In this document: in pieces, positions 9,901 to 20,178 of the stretch | Layout: every line of letters begins with the position of its first letter | How positions within the stretch are numbered: the stretch's first letter is position 1 | Source: Desulfovibrio sp. | Lineage (GTDB): Bacteria > Desulfobacterota > Desulfovibrionia > Desulfovibrionales > Desulfovibrionaceae | Reading direction: 5' to 3' | NCBI RefSeq assembly: GCF_014803725.1 | Contig: NZ_JAAVBE010000019.1 | Coordinates: forward strand, 151,455-215,454 | DNA: 64,000 bases | Notes under the pieces: model-generated | Database searches by the model: none | Told to the model about the DNA's origin: nothing | Seen by the model: only the letters and a program-made list of their open reading frames with translations | Program-made: the position numbers and the translations under genes

Positions 9901-10350
9901 ATGACGCAGCAGGACCCGAAACCGGGCAGCGCGGAAGAGGCCGGCAAGACGGCGCTCGCCGCTTACCTGCCGGAATTTTTCGCCGCTGTCGGCGAATTTC
10001 CCGACCTCAAGGCCGAGCCGGGCCTTTCGGACGAAGACATCGCCGCCCTGGAGCAAAGGCTGGACTTCCGCCTGTCCGAAGGACTCAAGCGGCTCGTCCG
10101 GCAGTGCGCGGCCATCTCCATGAATGGCCTCTCGGTGCGCGCGGCGCACTTCGGGCCCATCGTCATGCCCAGCTCCGAGGCGCTGATCATCGGCGAGCTC
10201 TATCTGCACAATGACGGCGACCGGCTGCTCATGCTCCCCAACGACGAGACCGTCTACTACCTCGAGCAGCGCAACGGCGCCATCACCAAACTCGCGGATT
10301 CTCTGGAGAACTTTTTCAATCAGACGCTGCCGCGCCATCTGTACGGCTAG
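9901..10350 (+). CDS. SMI1/KNR4 (SUKH) family protein
   Basis: GLSDEDIAALEQRLDFRLSEGLKRL SUKH-like N-terminus; AGGAGG RBS; CTGACA-N17-TATGCT promoter at 9837-9865. Confidence 0.7.
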   Translation: MTQQDPKPGSAEEAGKTALAAYLPEFFAAVGEFPDLKAEPGLSDEDIAALEQRLDFRLSEGLKRLVRQCAAISMNGLSVRAAHFGPIVMPSSEALIIGELYLHNDGDRLLMLPNDETVYYLEQRNGAITKLADSLENFFNQTLPRHLYG

Positions 10351-11104
10351 TTTCCGCCGCCTCCCCCGCCGTATCCCGCGTGAGCTGCCAGCGGGTGAGC
10401 CCGCGCAGGATGGAGCGGCGCGCGTCCGGGATGCCGGCGGCGAGCTGCCGCAGGGTGGCCTCCATTTCGCTTCGCGCCGTATGCCCGGCCGACGGGCAGG
10501 CGTTGCGCCACACGGGCAGCCCCCATTGCCGGGCCGCGGCGCTGACATATTTCTTTTCCACGAGCAGGAGCGGCCGTACCAGCGTGAGGCCGCCGCGGAA
10601 AAAGCTCTCGCGCATGGCGAGGCCGTCCACGCGGCCGTTGCGGCAGAGGTTGAGAAAGAAGGTGGTCACGAGGTCGTCGGCCGTGTGGCCGAGGGCGAGG
10701 TGGGTCAGGCGGTAGTCGCGGCAGAGGTCAAAGAGCCGCTTGCGCCGGAGCCACGCGCAGCGGAAGCAGGCCGAGCGCTTGCGGTTACGCTCGGAATGGG
10801 CCTCAGGGCCGTGGTCGGTCAGTTCCAGGTGCCCGGGGATGCCCTCGGCGGCGAGCCACGGCAAAAGCGCCGCATGGGCATCTGGCTCGAAGCCCGGGTT
10901 GCAGTGGAGCGCCATGATCTCGAAGCGGAAGGGCACGATGCCCTGCCGGATCTTCAGGGTCTTCAAGAGCACGAAGCTGTCCACCCCGCCGGAGACGGCC
11001 ACGCCGATGCGGCAGCCCGGGCGCAGCATGCCCGTCTTCTGCATGGCGAGGCCGGCCGCCTTGACGCAGACCTCCTGGGCATAAGTTCGTTTTTCGCGTG
11101 CCAT
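10316..11104 (-). CDS. ttcA: tRNA 2-thiocytidine biosynthesis protein (PP-loop)
   Basis: AVSGGVDS PP-loop, CFRC, LGHTADD, RPL and C-terminal CP motif. Confidence 0.85.
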   Translation of the reverse strand: MAREKRTYAQEVCVKAAGLAMQKTGMLRPGCRIGVAVSGGVDSFVLLKTLKIRQGIVPFRFEIMALHCNPGFEPDAHAALLPWLAAEGIPGHLELTDHGPEAHSERNRKRSACFRCAWLRRKRLFDLCRDYRLTHLALGHTADDLVTTFFLNLCRNGRVDGLAMRESFFRGGLTLVRPLLLVEKKYVSAAARQWGLPVWRNACPSAGHTARSEMEATLRQLAAGIPDARRSILRGLTRWQLTRDTAGEAAETSRTDGAAASD

Positions 11105-11154
11105 GGGGCTCCTGTGGGGGCACACCCGGAGGGCTTTGACCTGCGCCGCGGCGC

Positions 11155-11183
11155 TTGACGGGCGCCCCGCCCTCGTCTAAAGT
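11155..11183 (+). promoter_or_regulatory. Putative sigma70 promoter for rpoZ-dnaJ
   Basis: TTGACG-N17-TAAAGT. Confidence 0.6.
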
Positions 11184-11287
11184 AGCGTGTTTCGGCCGGC
11201 GCACCATGCCCGGCCCTGGGCCGCCCCTTTACAACGCCGTGGGCGGCATTATTTTTCCGGCGCGATCCCGCCGCAAACGGAGGCAGC

Positions 11288-11551
11288 ATGGCCCGCATCA
11301 CCGTGGAAGATTGTCAGGAGCGCGTGGACAACCGTTTCCTGCTCGTGCAGATGGCCATCAAGCGCGTGCGCCAGTACCGTGAGGGCTACGAGCCCTTGCT
11401 GGATTCGCGCAACAAGGAAGTCGTCACCGCGCTGCGCGAGATAGCGGCCGGCAAGATCCTTCCCGACGACAAGTCGCTCTATACGCCGCTTCCGAGCGAT
11501 GGGGAAGCGCCCGCCGCCACTCACGGCGACGAGGCAACTTCCGGGAACTGA
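11288..11551 (+). CDS. rpoZ: RNA polymerase omega subunit
   Basis: MARITVEDC...NRFLLV...ALREIAAG. Confidence 0.97.
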   Translation: MARITVEDCQERVDNRFLLVQMAIKRVRQYREGYEPLLDSRNKEVVTALREIAAGKILPDDKSLYTPLPSDGEAPAATHGDEATSGN

Positions 11552-11563
11552 CAGCCCGGATGA

Positions 11564-12721
<1,158 letters not shown>

Positions 12722-12750
12722 GACGGCGGCGAAATCCGTGAAGCCATGAG

Positions 12751-12785
12751 AAATGGCGCCCGCATCGTGTGGTGGGGCGCCATTT
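12751..12785. terminator. Intrinsic terminator between dnaJ and GT9
   Basis: AAATGGCGCCC...GGGCGCCATTT followed by a T-tract. Confidence 0.75.
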
Positions 12786-12793
12786 TTTCTTTC

Positions 12794-13918
12794 TTAAAGC
12801 GCGCCCAGCGAGGCCAGCGCCGCGAGCACCTCTTCCACCGAGAGATGCACGAGGGCCGGCTCGGCCCCTGGCGGATACTCAAAACCCAGGTCAAGATAGG
12901 CCCGCTGCCCCTTGGACGGCAAAAGGCTCACGCAGCGCGGCCCCACGGGCCCCCAGCGGCGCGGATTGGTCGCGCCGTGCAGGCCCACGGTGGGCGCGCC
13001 CGTGAGGGCGGCGAGGTGCATGATGCCGGTGTTCACCGAAACCACGGCGTCGGCGCGCGCCAAAAGCCACGCCAGGTCAGGCAGGGTGGTGCGCCCGGCG
13101 AGGGAGTGGACATGCTCCGCGCCGGCCAGCTGCTCGCGAAGAAAGGCGTCGTTGTGTTCGATGTCGGCCGCGCTCCCTGTGAGCCAGACGCTGAAGCCCC
13201 GCGCCGTGAGCTCGCGCGCAAGCCGCGCCCAGTGCGCCGCCGGCCACTCCTTGAGATGGCACTTGTAGCCTGCCGGCCACATATGCAGAAAGGCGTGGCG
13301 CCGCCCGTCGGCCAGCTCCGCGGCCAGCGCCGGCACCGTGTCGGGCAGGCACAGCACGGGCTCGGCGGAAAAGTCCGGCCAGAGGGTTCTCCCAAGAGCG
13401 AGGAAATTCTCCTTTTCATGCTGCTGGCCGCTGTGCGTGGCAACATGGTCATAACCCAGGCCCCGCCATTGCCCGGCCGTGGAAAAGCCCACGGTGAGCC
13501 GGGCCCCGGAGAGGTTGGAGACGATGGCGCCGAGCCGCGCCCATTGGGTGCTGTCGAAGAGAAGGTCATAGCGTCGGCCGCGCAGGTGACGCACGATGGC
13601 GCCCACATGGCGCACATTGAACACGGCCACGGCGTCCGTATCGCCGATGAGCGGCAGCGTCTCGGCATTGCCGGTGGAAACGATGAGCTCGAGCTCAGCC
13701 CCGGGAAGTTGACGTCTGAGGCCCCGCAAAAGCCCGGAGAGCAGCAGGAGGTCGCCGATGGCGCCCAGGCAGATGACGCCCACGCGCTTCGCTTCCGAGG
13801 CCGCGCATGCCCGTGGACGTTCCGCCGCGCGCGCCGCCGCCGTCACCGCCGCCAACGGGATGCCCGCGTACCAGTCCAGCCGGCGCAGGAGCCTGTTGCC
13901 ACGCTCGCCCGCCATCAA
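12794..13918 (-). CDS. Glycosyltransferase family 9 (LPS heptosyltransferase-like)
   Basis: GAIGDLLL, KEWP, VSVNTGIMHLAA and TVGLHG motifs. Confidence 0.88.
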   Translation of the reverse strand: MMAGERGNRLLRRLDWYAGIPLAAVTAAARAAERPRACAASEAKRVGVICLGAIGDLLLLSGLLRGLRRQLPGAELELIVSTGNAETLPLIGDTDAVAVFNVRHVGAIVRHLRGRRYDLLFDSTQWARLGAIVSNLSGARLTVGFSTAGQWRGLGYDHVATHSGQQHEKENFLALGRTLWPDFSAEPVLCLPDTVPALAAELADGRRHAFLHMWPAGYKCHLKEWPAAHWARLARELTARGFSVWLTGSAADIEHNDAFLREQLAGAEHVHSLAGRTTLPDLAWLLARADAVVSVNTGIMHLAALTGAPTVGLHGATNPRRWGPVGPRCVSLLPSKGQRAYLDLGFEYPPGAEPALVHLSVEEVLAALASLGAL

Positions 13919-15315
13919 TAGGCACCGTAGCCGGTCAGAACCACCGGGACGGTTTTCGCCAGTATCCAGAGATCCATCCAGACCGACCAGTTATTGATAT
14001 AGTAGTGGTCAAAGGCCACGCGCTCGGCGTAGGTCGTGTTGTTGCGGCCCGAGATCTGCCACAGGCCCGTGACGCCCGGCCGCACCCGGCGATATTCGTC
14101 ATAGACAGGCCCGTACTTCTTCACTTCCGCGCCCACGATGGGCCTGGGTCCAACGAGGCTCATGTCGCCCAGGGCCACGTTGAGCAGCTGGGGCAGCTCG
14201 TCCAGGCTCGTCTTGCGCAAAAAACGGCCCATGCGGGTGATGCGCGGGTCATGCTTGAGCTTGTGGTCGCGCTCCCACTCGGCCTGAAGTTCCGGATCCC
14301 GCGCGAGCCATTCCTTGAGCTTCGCGTCCGCGTCAGCCACCATGGTGCGGAATTTATAGACATGCATGAGCCGGCCGTTCCGGCCGAGACGCGTCTGCCG
14401 GTACAGCGGGGAGCCGGGGCTGTCCAGCCGGATGAGCAGCGCGAGCACGAGGCCCAGCGGCACGACCAGCGGGGCGAGAAGGATACAGAACAGGATGTCG
14501 ATGGCCCGCTTGACGGCAAGGCGCCGCCAGTCATGCAGGTTTTGGGTGAGCAGGAGCATGGTCACGCCGCTGAGCTCGCAGGGGGTGAGCCAATAGCGGC
14601 GGAAGCCGGCCGAAAGATCCGGCACCACGAGGACCTTGGCAAAATGGCGGCTCACCGCACTGACATAATCCGCGGAAGGCCGCTCCCCCGCCCCGTGCAT
14701 GAGCAGGGCGACCCCGCCGGGCCAGTTCCGGGCGGCGGCGCCGAGCAGGGCATCCACTTCTTCCGGCTCGCCGGAGAGGTCGAGCATGGCCACCGGGCGC
14801 AGGCCGTGTTGCGGGTGGCGCCGCAAATAGTGCCACAGGCGTTTGGCGCGGGCGCCGCTGCCAAGGATGATCAGCGGACTGCTCCACCACGGCAGGCGCG
14901 AGAAAATGCGGATGCACGCGGCGCGCAGCAGGGGCAAGGTCACCAGGGTCGCGGCCCAGCCGCCGAATATGACGAGCCGCGAATACAGGTCGCCCGTCTT
15001 GGAAAGAAAGAGCACGAGCAGGATGAGGGCATAAAGCAGACTGACAAAGAGAAAGACGGCCTTCATCTCCCGGTGGGGGGGGAGGCTGATGCTCCGATAC
15101 AGGCCGAGGGAGCTGCCGAGGAAGGGCGCCACCAAAAGCAGCGGAAAGACCCAATGGTAGAGGGCCGGGTCGAGCCCGCCAAAGGCCGCGCGCGCCATGA
15201 GCAGGGCGAACATGGTGCCGACAAAAGCCGCCAGATCCGACAGAGCGAGCGCAACAGAGCGCACCGGCATTCCGGCGCGCTGCATGATGACAGGTAGCTG
15301 GGAGATCCGGCGCAT
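13915..15315 (-). CDS. wbaP: Undecaprenyl-phosphate sugar phosphotransferase (WbaP/WcaJ family)
   Basis: N-terminal TM segments; [24 protein letters not shown] and [14 protein letters not shown] motifs. Start codon uncertain. Confidence 0.9.
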   Translation of the reverse strand: MRRISQLPVIMQRAGMPVRSVALALSDLAAFVGTMFALLMARAAFGGLDPALYHWVFPLLLVAPFLGSSLGLYRSISLPPHREMKAVFLFVSLLYALILLVLFLSKTGDLYSRLVIFGGWAATLVTLPLLRAACIRIFSRLPWWSSPLIILGSGARAKRLWHYLRRHPQHGLRPVAMLDLSGEPEEVDALLGAAARNWPGGVALLMHGAGERPSADYVSAVSRHFAKVLVVPDLSAGFRRYWLTPCELSGVTMLLLTQNLHDWRRLAVKRAIDILFCILLAPLVVPLGLVLALLIRLDSPGSPLYRQTRLGRNGRLMHVYKFRTMVADADAKLKEWLARDPELQAEWERDHKLKHDPRITRMGRFLRKTSLDELPQLLNVALGDMSLVGPRPIVGAEVKKYGPVYDEYRRVRPGVTGLWQISGRNNTTYAERVAFDHYYINNWSVWMDLWILAKTVPVVLTGYGAY

Positions 15316-15991
15316 GGCTGCCCTTGGCAAAGATTGTGCGGCTGCCCGCCCCCCACAGGACCTCCCCCGGGCGCGGGCACAGCACTCCCCGGCATGGGCC
15401 TGCCCGTGCCGTGCGTTTTCGCGGAATGCGCGAGAGCCACTATATCAAAGCAGCCCCTGAGCGCAAGCCCGTCCCCTGGCAGGGCGCCATTCGGGTGTGG
15501 GCTCCGCAGGCGGTCGGCCCTGGCACATGACCTCCCGGCACTTTACAGTTACCTTGAACTGCGATCTATCGCCAGCGCCAGACGGGCCCGATTTTTCCCC
15601 TGCGCTGCGACCCCGCGGAGTGGCTGCCGGGGAGTTTTCCCACTCCATCAGCTCAACCGGGTGGCGTGTGTCGGTAAAGTACCCCGATTACTCGGTCCCC
15701 TGTTTTCCGGGCATTTCCCCATGCCCGGCGGAATCGCCATTTCTGCCCCGCAAGCACACAAAGTTTTCCTAAGTCCCCGCGCAATTAAGACTTTTCCTTC
15801 AAACTCCTCTCAGCTATACTGCCGCCATCGCAGGCAACGGCGACGAGTCTGCATACTTGGCCCAAGTCGCAGACAATGGCAGTTTTTAAGCCAAAAAACC
15901 GTATCCGGGCTCCCCTAGTTGACAATTTGTCCTCTGATACAACATTTTGGTAGGGCATGTAATTTGCATTAATTAAAGCCGTGAGGGAAGA

Positions 15992-17155
15992 ATGTTCCAC
16001 GAGCTGCACCACATACGCATCGCCGGCTTGCGGGCCGCGGTGCCTGCCAATGAGATCCGCCTTGAGGACGAGGCCGCCTATTATGGCGGCAGCCTCAAAA
16101 AAGTGGCGCGTATGCGCGCTACTCTCGGGATGGACAGGCGCCGGGTCTGCCCGCCGGATGTGACCGCCTCGGACCTCTGTGCCCATGCGGCCCGGGCGCT
16201 TCTGAACGATATGCCCGGCGTGATCGACAACATTGACGCCCTGGTCTTTGTTTCACAAAGCCCGGACTGGAAGCAGCCCGCCACCGCCTGTGAGCTCCAG
16301 CACAGGCTTGGGCTGCCCACAAGCTGCGCCACCTTTGATGTCAACCAGGGGTGCAGCGGATACGTCTACGGATTATGGATCGCCTCTTCGCTGGTGGGCG
16401 CCGGGGCTGCCCGCCAGGCGCTCCTCCTGGTGGGCGACGCGCACGCGGGAGGGCGAGACCCGCGCAACCGCGTCATGGCCCCCGTTTTTGGCGATGGAGG
16501 GAGTGCGACCCTTCTTGTCCGCGACGAGACCGCCCCTCCCCTGCAATTCGGCTTCGGCACAAACGGGCAGGAATTCGAGACCATCATCACTCCCGGCGGG
16601 CAGGCACGCATCCCGCTGCTGCGCGATGCGGCGGCGAATGCCGTTCTCGCGGAAGACATCCTTGATCCCATGGGCAATCCCTGGCAACTCGGTGATGCCT
16701 GGATGGACGGCGGCGCTGTGTTCAACTTTACCATGGATGTGGTACCGCCGCACATTGAAGCAGCCCTGCACCATGCCTCCCTGTCGACCGACGATATAGC
16801 GATGCTGATCCTGCATCAGGCGAATACCCAGATAGTGCGGACCATTGCCGAAAAGGCCGGGTTCCCACCCGAAAAAGCTCCGGGTGACTCCTTTTCGCGC
16901 TACGGGAACCTCGCCGCGGCGTCCATCCCCGCCGCCTTGTGCGACGCCTTCGGTCATGTCGCGTCCCCGGGGAAGATCCTCATGTGCGGCTATGGCATCG
17001 GCCTTGCCTGGGGCTCCTGCCTATGCGATCTGGAGCACTGGAACTGCTCCCCCACGCTCGACTTCACGCCTGATCCGGACCGTCCCACACGCGCCGCGCG
17101 TGTTGAGCGCTGGCAAAAAATCCTTCGAGGAGAAATTTCACGTCATGACAGCTAG
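15992..17155 (+). CDS. 3-oxoacyl-ACP synthase III-like (FabH family)
   Basis: DVNQGCSGY (catalytic Cys), FGDGG, LHQAN (His) and YGN (Asn) motifs. Confidence 0.88.
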   Translation: MFHELHHIRIAGLRAAVPANEIRLEDEAAYYGGSLKKVARMRATLGMDRRRVCPPDVTASDLCAHAARALLNDMPGVIDNIDALVFVSQSPDWKQPATACELQHRLGLPTSCATFDVNQGCSGYVYGLWIASSLVGAGAARQALLLVGDAHAGGRDPRNRVMAPVFGDGGSATLLVRDETAPPLQFGFGTNGQEFETIITPGGQARIPLLRDAAANAVLAEDILDPMGNPWQLGDAWMDGGAVFNFTMDVVPPHIEAALHHASLSTDDIAMLILHQANTQIVRTIAEKAGFPPEKAPGDSFSRYGNLAAASIPAALCDAFGHVASPGKILMCGYGIGLAWGSCLCDLEHWNCSPTLDFTPDPDRPTRAARVERWQKILRGEISRHDS

Positions 17156-17393
17156 CAGTAACATGATGGCAAGGGCAGAGTTTCTCGCCCAGTTGCAGGA
17201 GATGCTCCAGACTGACGCCGCGCTCACCGAAGACACGGCGCTTATGGAGATGGAGGAGTGGGACTCCCTGGCCTTCATGATCCTCATCGCGTTTTTCGAC
17301 AAGCACTTCGGCAAGCGCGTGACCTTTGACGACCTGAAGAACTGCACAACCCCCGCCGACCTCATCACTCTTGCGGCTGGAGCCATCGCCTGA
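17145..17393 (+). CDS. Acyl carrier protein
   Basis: WDSL phosphopantetheine motif; 82 aa and acidic; overlaps both neighbours. Confidence 0.85.
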   Translation: MTASSNMMARAEFLAQLQEMLQTDAALTEDTALMEMEEWDSLAFMILIAFFDKHFGKRVTFDDLKNCTTPADLITLAAGAIA

Positions 17394-18139
17394 TGTTTTC
17401 GCCAGGGCAGCGCATCCTCGTCACCGGCGCGAGCTCAGGCATCGGCAGGGCCATCGCGCAAAAGTGCGTGGCGCTCGGCGCGACGGTCCTCGCGGTCGGC
17501 CGTGACGCCGGGCGACTCGCCGAGGCAAGGGCCCAAGCCGCCGAGCCGGCCCGCTGGATAAGCCTTGAGCGGGACTTCACCTCGCAGATGGACGCCATCC
17601 CTGCCTGGTTGCGCTCGCTGTCCGCCGAACACGGCAAACTCTTCGGCCTGGCGCATGCGGCCGGAAGCGGTATCATGGACAGCCTGCAGCTGTATGAGCT
17701 CGACAGCGCGCGCGCCTATTTCGACCTCAATTTCCATGTGCCGCTCCTGCTCGCCAAGGGCTTCGCGGATCGCCGGGTGGGTCTGCGCGGGGGCGCGATG
17801 TGTTTTTTGACCTCAGCTTCTGCCGTGTATCCCGAAAAGGGACATCTGCTCTATGGCGCCGCCAAGTCTGCCCTCGCCTGCGCGGCCAAGAGCATGAGCC
17901 AGGAGCTCGCGCCGCGCGGCATCCGGGTGCATTGCCTGGCCCCAGGCATCGTGGAAACGCCCATGGAGGCAGCCGCGGAGGCCATGATGGGGCCGGGCTA
18001 CCGGGAAGAACAGCTTGCCGCCTATCCCCTGGGCTTCGGGCAGCCGGAGGATGTGGCCAACATGGCGGCCTTTCTGCTTTCGGAGCAGGCCCGCTGGATA
18101 ACCGGGCAGAACTTTGTCCTTGCCGGGGGGCGCTACTGA
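17393..18139 (+). CDS. SDR oxidoreductase (FabG-like)
   Basis: TGASSGIG and YGAAK motifs. Confidence 0.9.
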   Translation: MFSPGQRILVTGASSGIGRAIAQKCVALGATVLAVGRDAGRLAEARAQAAEPARWISLERDFTSQMDAIPAWLRSLSAEHGKLFGLAHAAGSGIMDSLQLYELDSARAYFDLNFHVPLLLAKGFADRRVGLRGGAMCFLTSASAVYPEKGHLLYGAAKSALACAAKSMSQELAPRGIRVHCLAPGIVETPMEAAAEAMMGPGYREEQLAAYPLGFGQPEDVANMAAFLLSEQARWITGQNFVLAGGRY

Positions 18140-18140
18140 C

Positions 18141-18797
18141 ATGCCAGGGGTGTTCATTGCCGGCAATTCGGGGGCGGCCCGGGAATGTTACTGGATTTTG
18201 CGCGACCTTCAGGCCGCGTCGCCAGGACTGAGCGCCTATTATGAATTTGGCGGCTTTCTGAGCTGGCGGGGCTATGCGGGCGACCTGAAGGAACTTTCCG
18301 GCTTTTTCCGCGGGCCGCTGGAAGACCATGCCGTCGGCGCAGACGAGCTTTACATCATAGGGGTCGGGGCGCCGCACCTTCGGCGGGACATCTTTCGTCA
18401 CCTCAAGGAACGCGGCGCCAGGCTCATGAACCTCATCCACCCCTGGACGGCCATCTGCCCTTCGGCTGTCATGGGCGAAGGCAATGTGTTCCAGCGGGGC
18501 TGCACCGTTTATGCCAATGCGGTCATCGGCGACGGCAACTATATCAATGGCGCCGCCAATCTTTCGCACGACGCGCGCATCGGCGATTTCAACTTTCTTG
18601 CGCCTTACGCCATCGTGCTCGGCGGGGCGAGCATGGGTGATGGCAACCACCTGGGGCCCCACGCCGTCCTGCTCGAACATGCGCGCATGGGCAGCGGCAA
18701 TTTGCTGACACCAGGCAGCGTGCTCTACAAAGGCTCCGGCGACAATGCGCGCCTTTCCGGCAACCCGGCCCTCAAGATCGGCGCGATGGAGAACTGA
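18141..18797 (+). CDS. Left-handed beta-helix sugar acyltransferase (NeuD/PglD-like)
   Basis: N-terminal Rossmann-like domain, NLIHP, hexapeptide repeats, catalytic SHD and C-terminal GNPA. Confidence 0.85.
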   Translation: MPGVFIAGNSGAARECYWILRDLQAASPGLSAYYEFGGFLSWRGYAGDLKELSGFFRGPLEDHAVGADELYIIGVGAPHLRRDIFRHLKERGARLMNLIHPWTAICPSAVMGEGNVFQRGCTVYANAVIGDGNYINGAANLSHDARIGDFNFLAPYAIVLGGASMGDGNHLGPHAVLLEHARMGSGNLLTPGSVLYKGSGDNARLSGNPALKIGAMEN

Positions 18798-18801
18798 CAC
18801 C

Positions 18802-20178
18802 GTGGCCGCGGACTCCTTGCATATCCTTATCGCCAACAACTACACGATCCGGGGCGGTATCCCCAAGGCCGTGGCCGCACTGGCCAACGCCATGACCGAC
18901 CGCGGGCATCGCGTGACCATTCTGAACCAGCGGCCGGTGCCCCGGCTGCTCTTCCCGCTGTATCGCCTGTGGCGCGCTCTGCGCGACATGAGTTATCCGC
19001 CTGCGCCCGTGCCGGCCCCGCTTCAGGGAACCAGGCCTATCTCCCGGGATTATCCCCTTCGTGAAGGCATCCGTGTGCTCCACTTCCAGTTTACGGACAG
19101 GAACCTTAAGGTCCAGCAGCTGCGCGAGAGGATTCGCCAGCTCGATTCGGATGTCTGCGTGTGCCCGATGGCCGACGGCGCACATCTTGTCTGGGCCGTG
19201 ACCCTGCTCGGTTCGGGCGTGCCCTATGTGTATTCCGAACGCCACAGCCCGCAGACCATCGAAAACGAGTTCTGGAACCGCAAGGGGCGCCTGGCGGCCA
19301 TGAGCGGCGCAGACGCCATCCACCTGCTTCTGCCCTCCTACCTGGACAGCCTGCCGGATTTTTTGCGCGGCCGCGCCCGCGCCATCCCCAACGCCGTGAA
19401 ACTTCCCGGGCGCGCCGCGGACCCGGCGGGTGCGCCCGGCGCCCGGAAAACGCTGCTCTGGCTGGGGCGCCTCCACGAGCCGCTCAAGCAATGCCGCATG
19501 GCCGTGGATGCCTTCGCCCTGATAGCGCAAAAATTTCCGGACTGGGACCTGCACATTGTGGGCGACGGCCCTGATGGCCCCCTCATCCGCGCCCATGCGA
19601 AGCAGGTTGCGGGGCGCCACAATCTTGAAGGCCGGATACAGTTCCTGGGTGAGAGCGGCGATGTGCCCGCCCATTTTACATCAGCACAGGCCTATTGCTT
19701 TTCGTCCAGAACGGAGGGCATGCCCAACGCGTTGCTTGAGGGCATGGCAGCCGGCCTCCCCTGCGTGGCGTTTGCAGGTTGCCCTGGTGTGGCGGATATC
19801 ATCACTCACGGAAAAAACGGCCTTTTGGCGCAAGCCATGGATGCTTCAAGCCTTGCGGGGCAACTGGAACGCCTGCTGGCTGATGCGCCCCTCCGTGAGC
19901 GCCTGGGGGCCGCGGCGCGCGAATCCATGGCCCGCTTCTCCGAAACGGCGGTGTTTGACGCCTGGGAAGGGATGCTGCGCGAAGCGGCGGCCCAAAAAGG
20001 CGCCACCGTCATGGATGCTTTTTCGAGGGAGCCCTTCGCCAGCATGGCGCGCCTGTCCTCCCGGGCGCGCCAGGAATGGGCGTTGCGCGATTTCGGCCAA
20101 CCGCTCTGCGACAGCCTGGCGGGCAGGCTCCGGGAGGCCTGGTATATCTTCAGGTGGCGACTCCAGCAATGGCTATAG
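18802..20178 (+). CDS. Glycosyltransferase family 4
   Basis: SERHSP, LGRL and EGMPNALLE (EX7E) motifs; GTG start inferred. Confidence 0.88.
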   Translation: MAADSLHILIANNYTIRGGIPKAVAALANAMTDRGHRVTILNQRPVPRLLFPLYRLWRALRDMSYPPAPVPAPLQGTRPISRDYPLREGIRVLHFQFTDRNLKVQQLRERIRQLDSDVCVCPMADGAHLVWAVTLLGSGVPYVYSERHSPQTIENEFWNRKGRLAAMSGADAIHLLLPSYLDSLPDFLRGRARAIPNAVKLPGRAADPAGAPGARKTLLWLGRLHEPLKQCRMAVDAFALIAQKFPDWDLHIVGDGPDGPLIRAHAKQVAGRHNLEGRIQFLGESGDVPAHFTSAQAYCFSSRTEGMPNALLEGMAAGLPCVAFAGCPGVADIITHGKNGLLAQAMDASSLAGQLERLLADAPLRERLGAAARESMARFSETAVFDAWEGMLREAAAQKGATVMDAFSREPFASMARLSSRARQEWALRDFGQPLCDSLAGRLREAWYIFRWRLQQWL

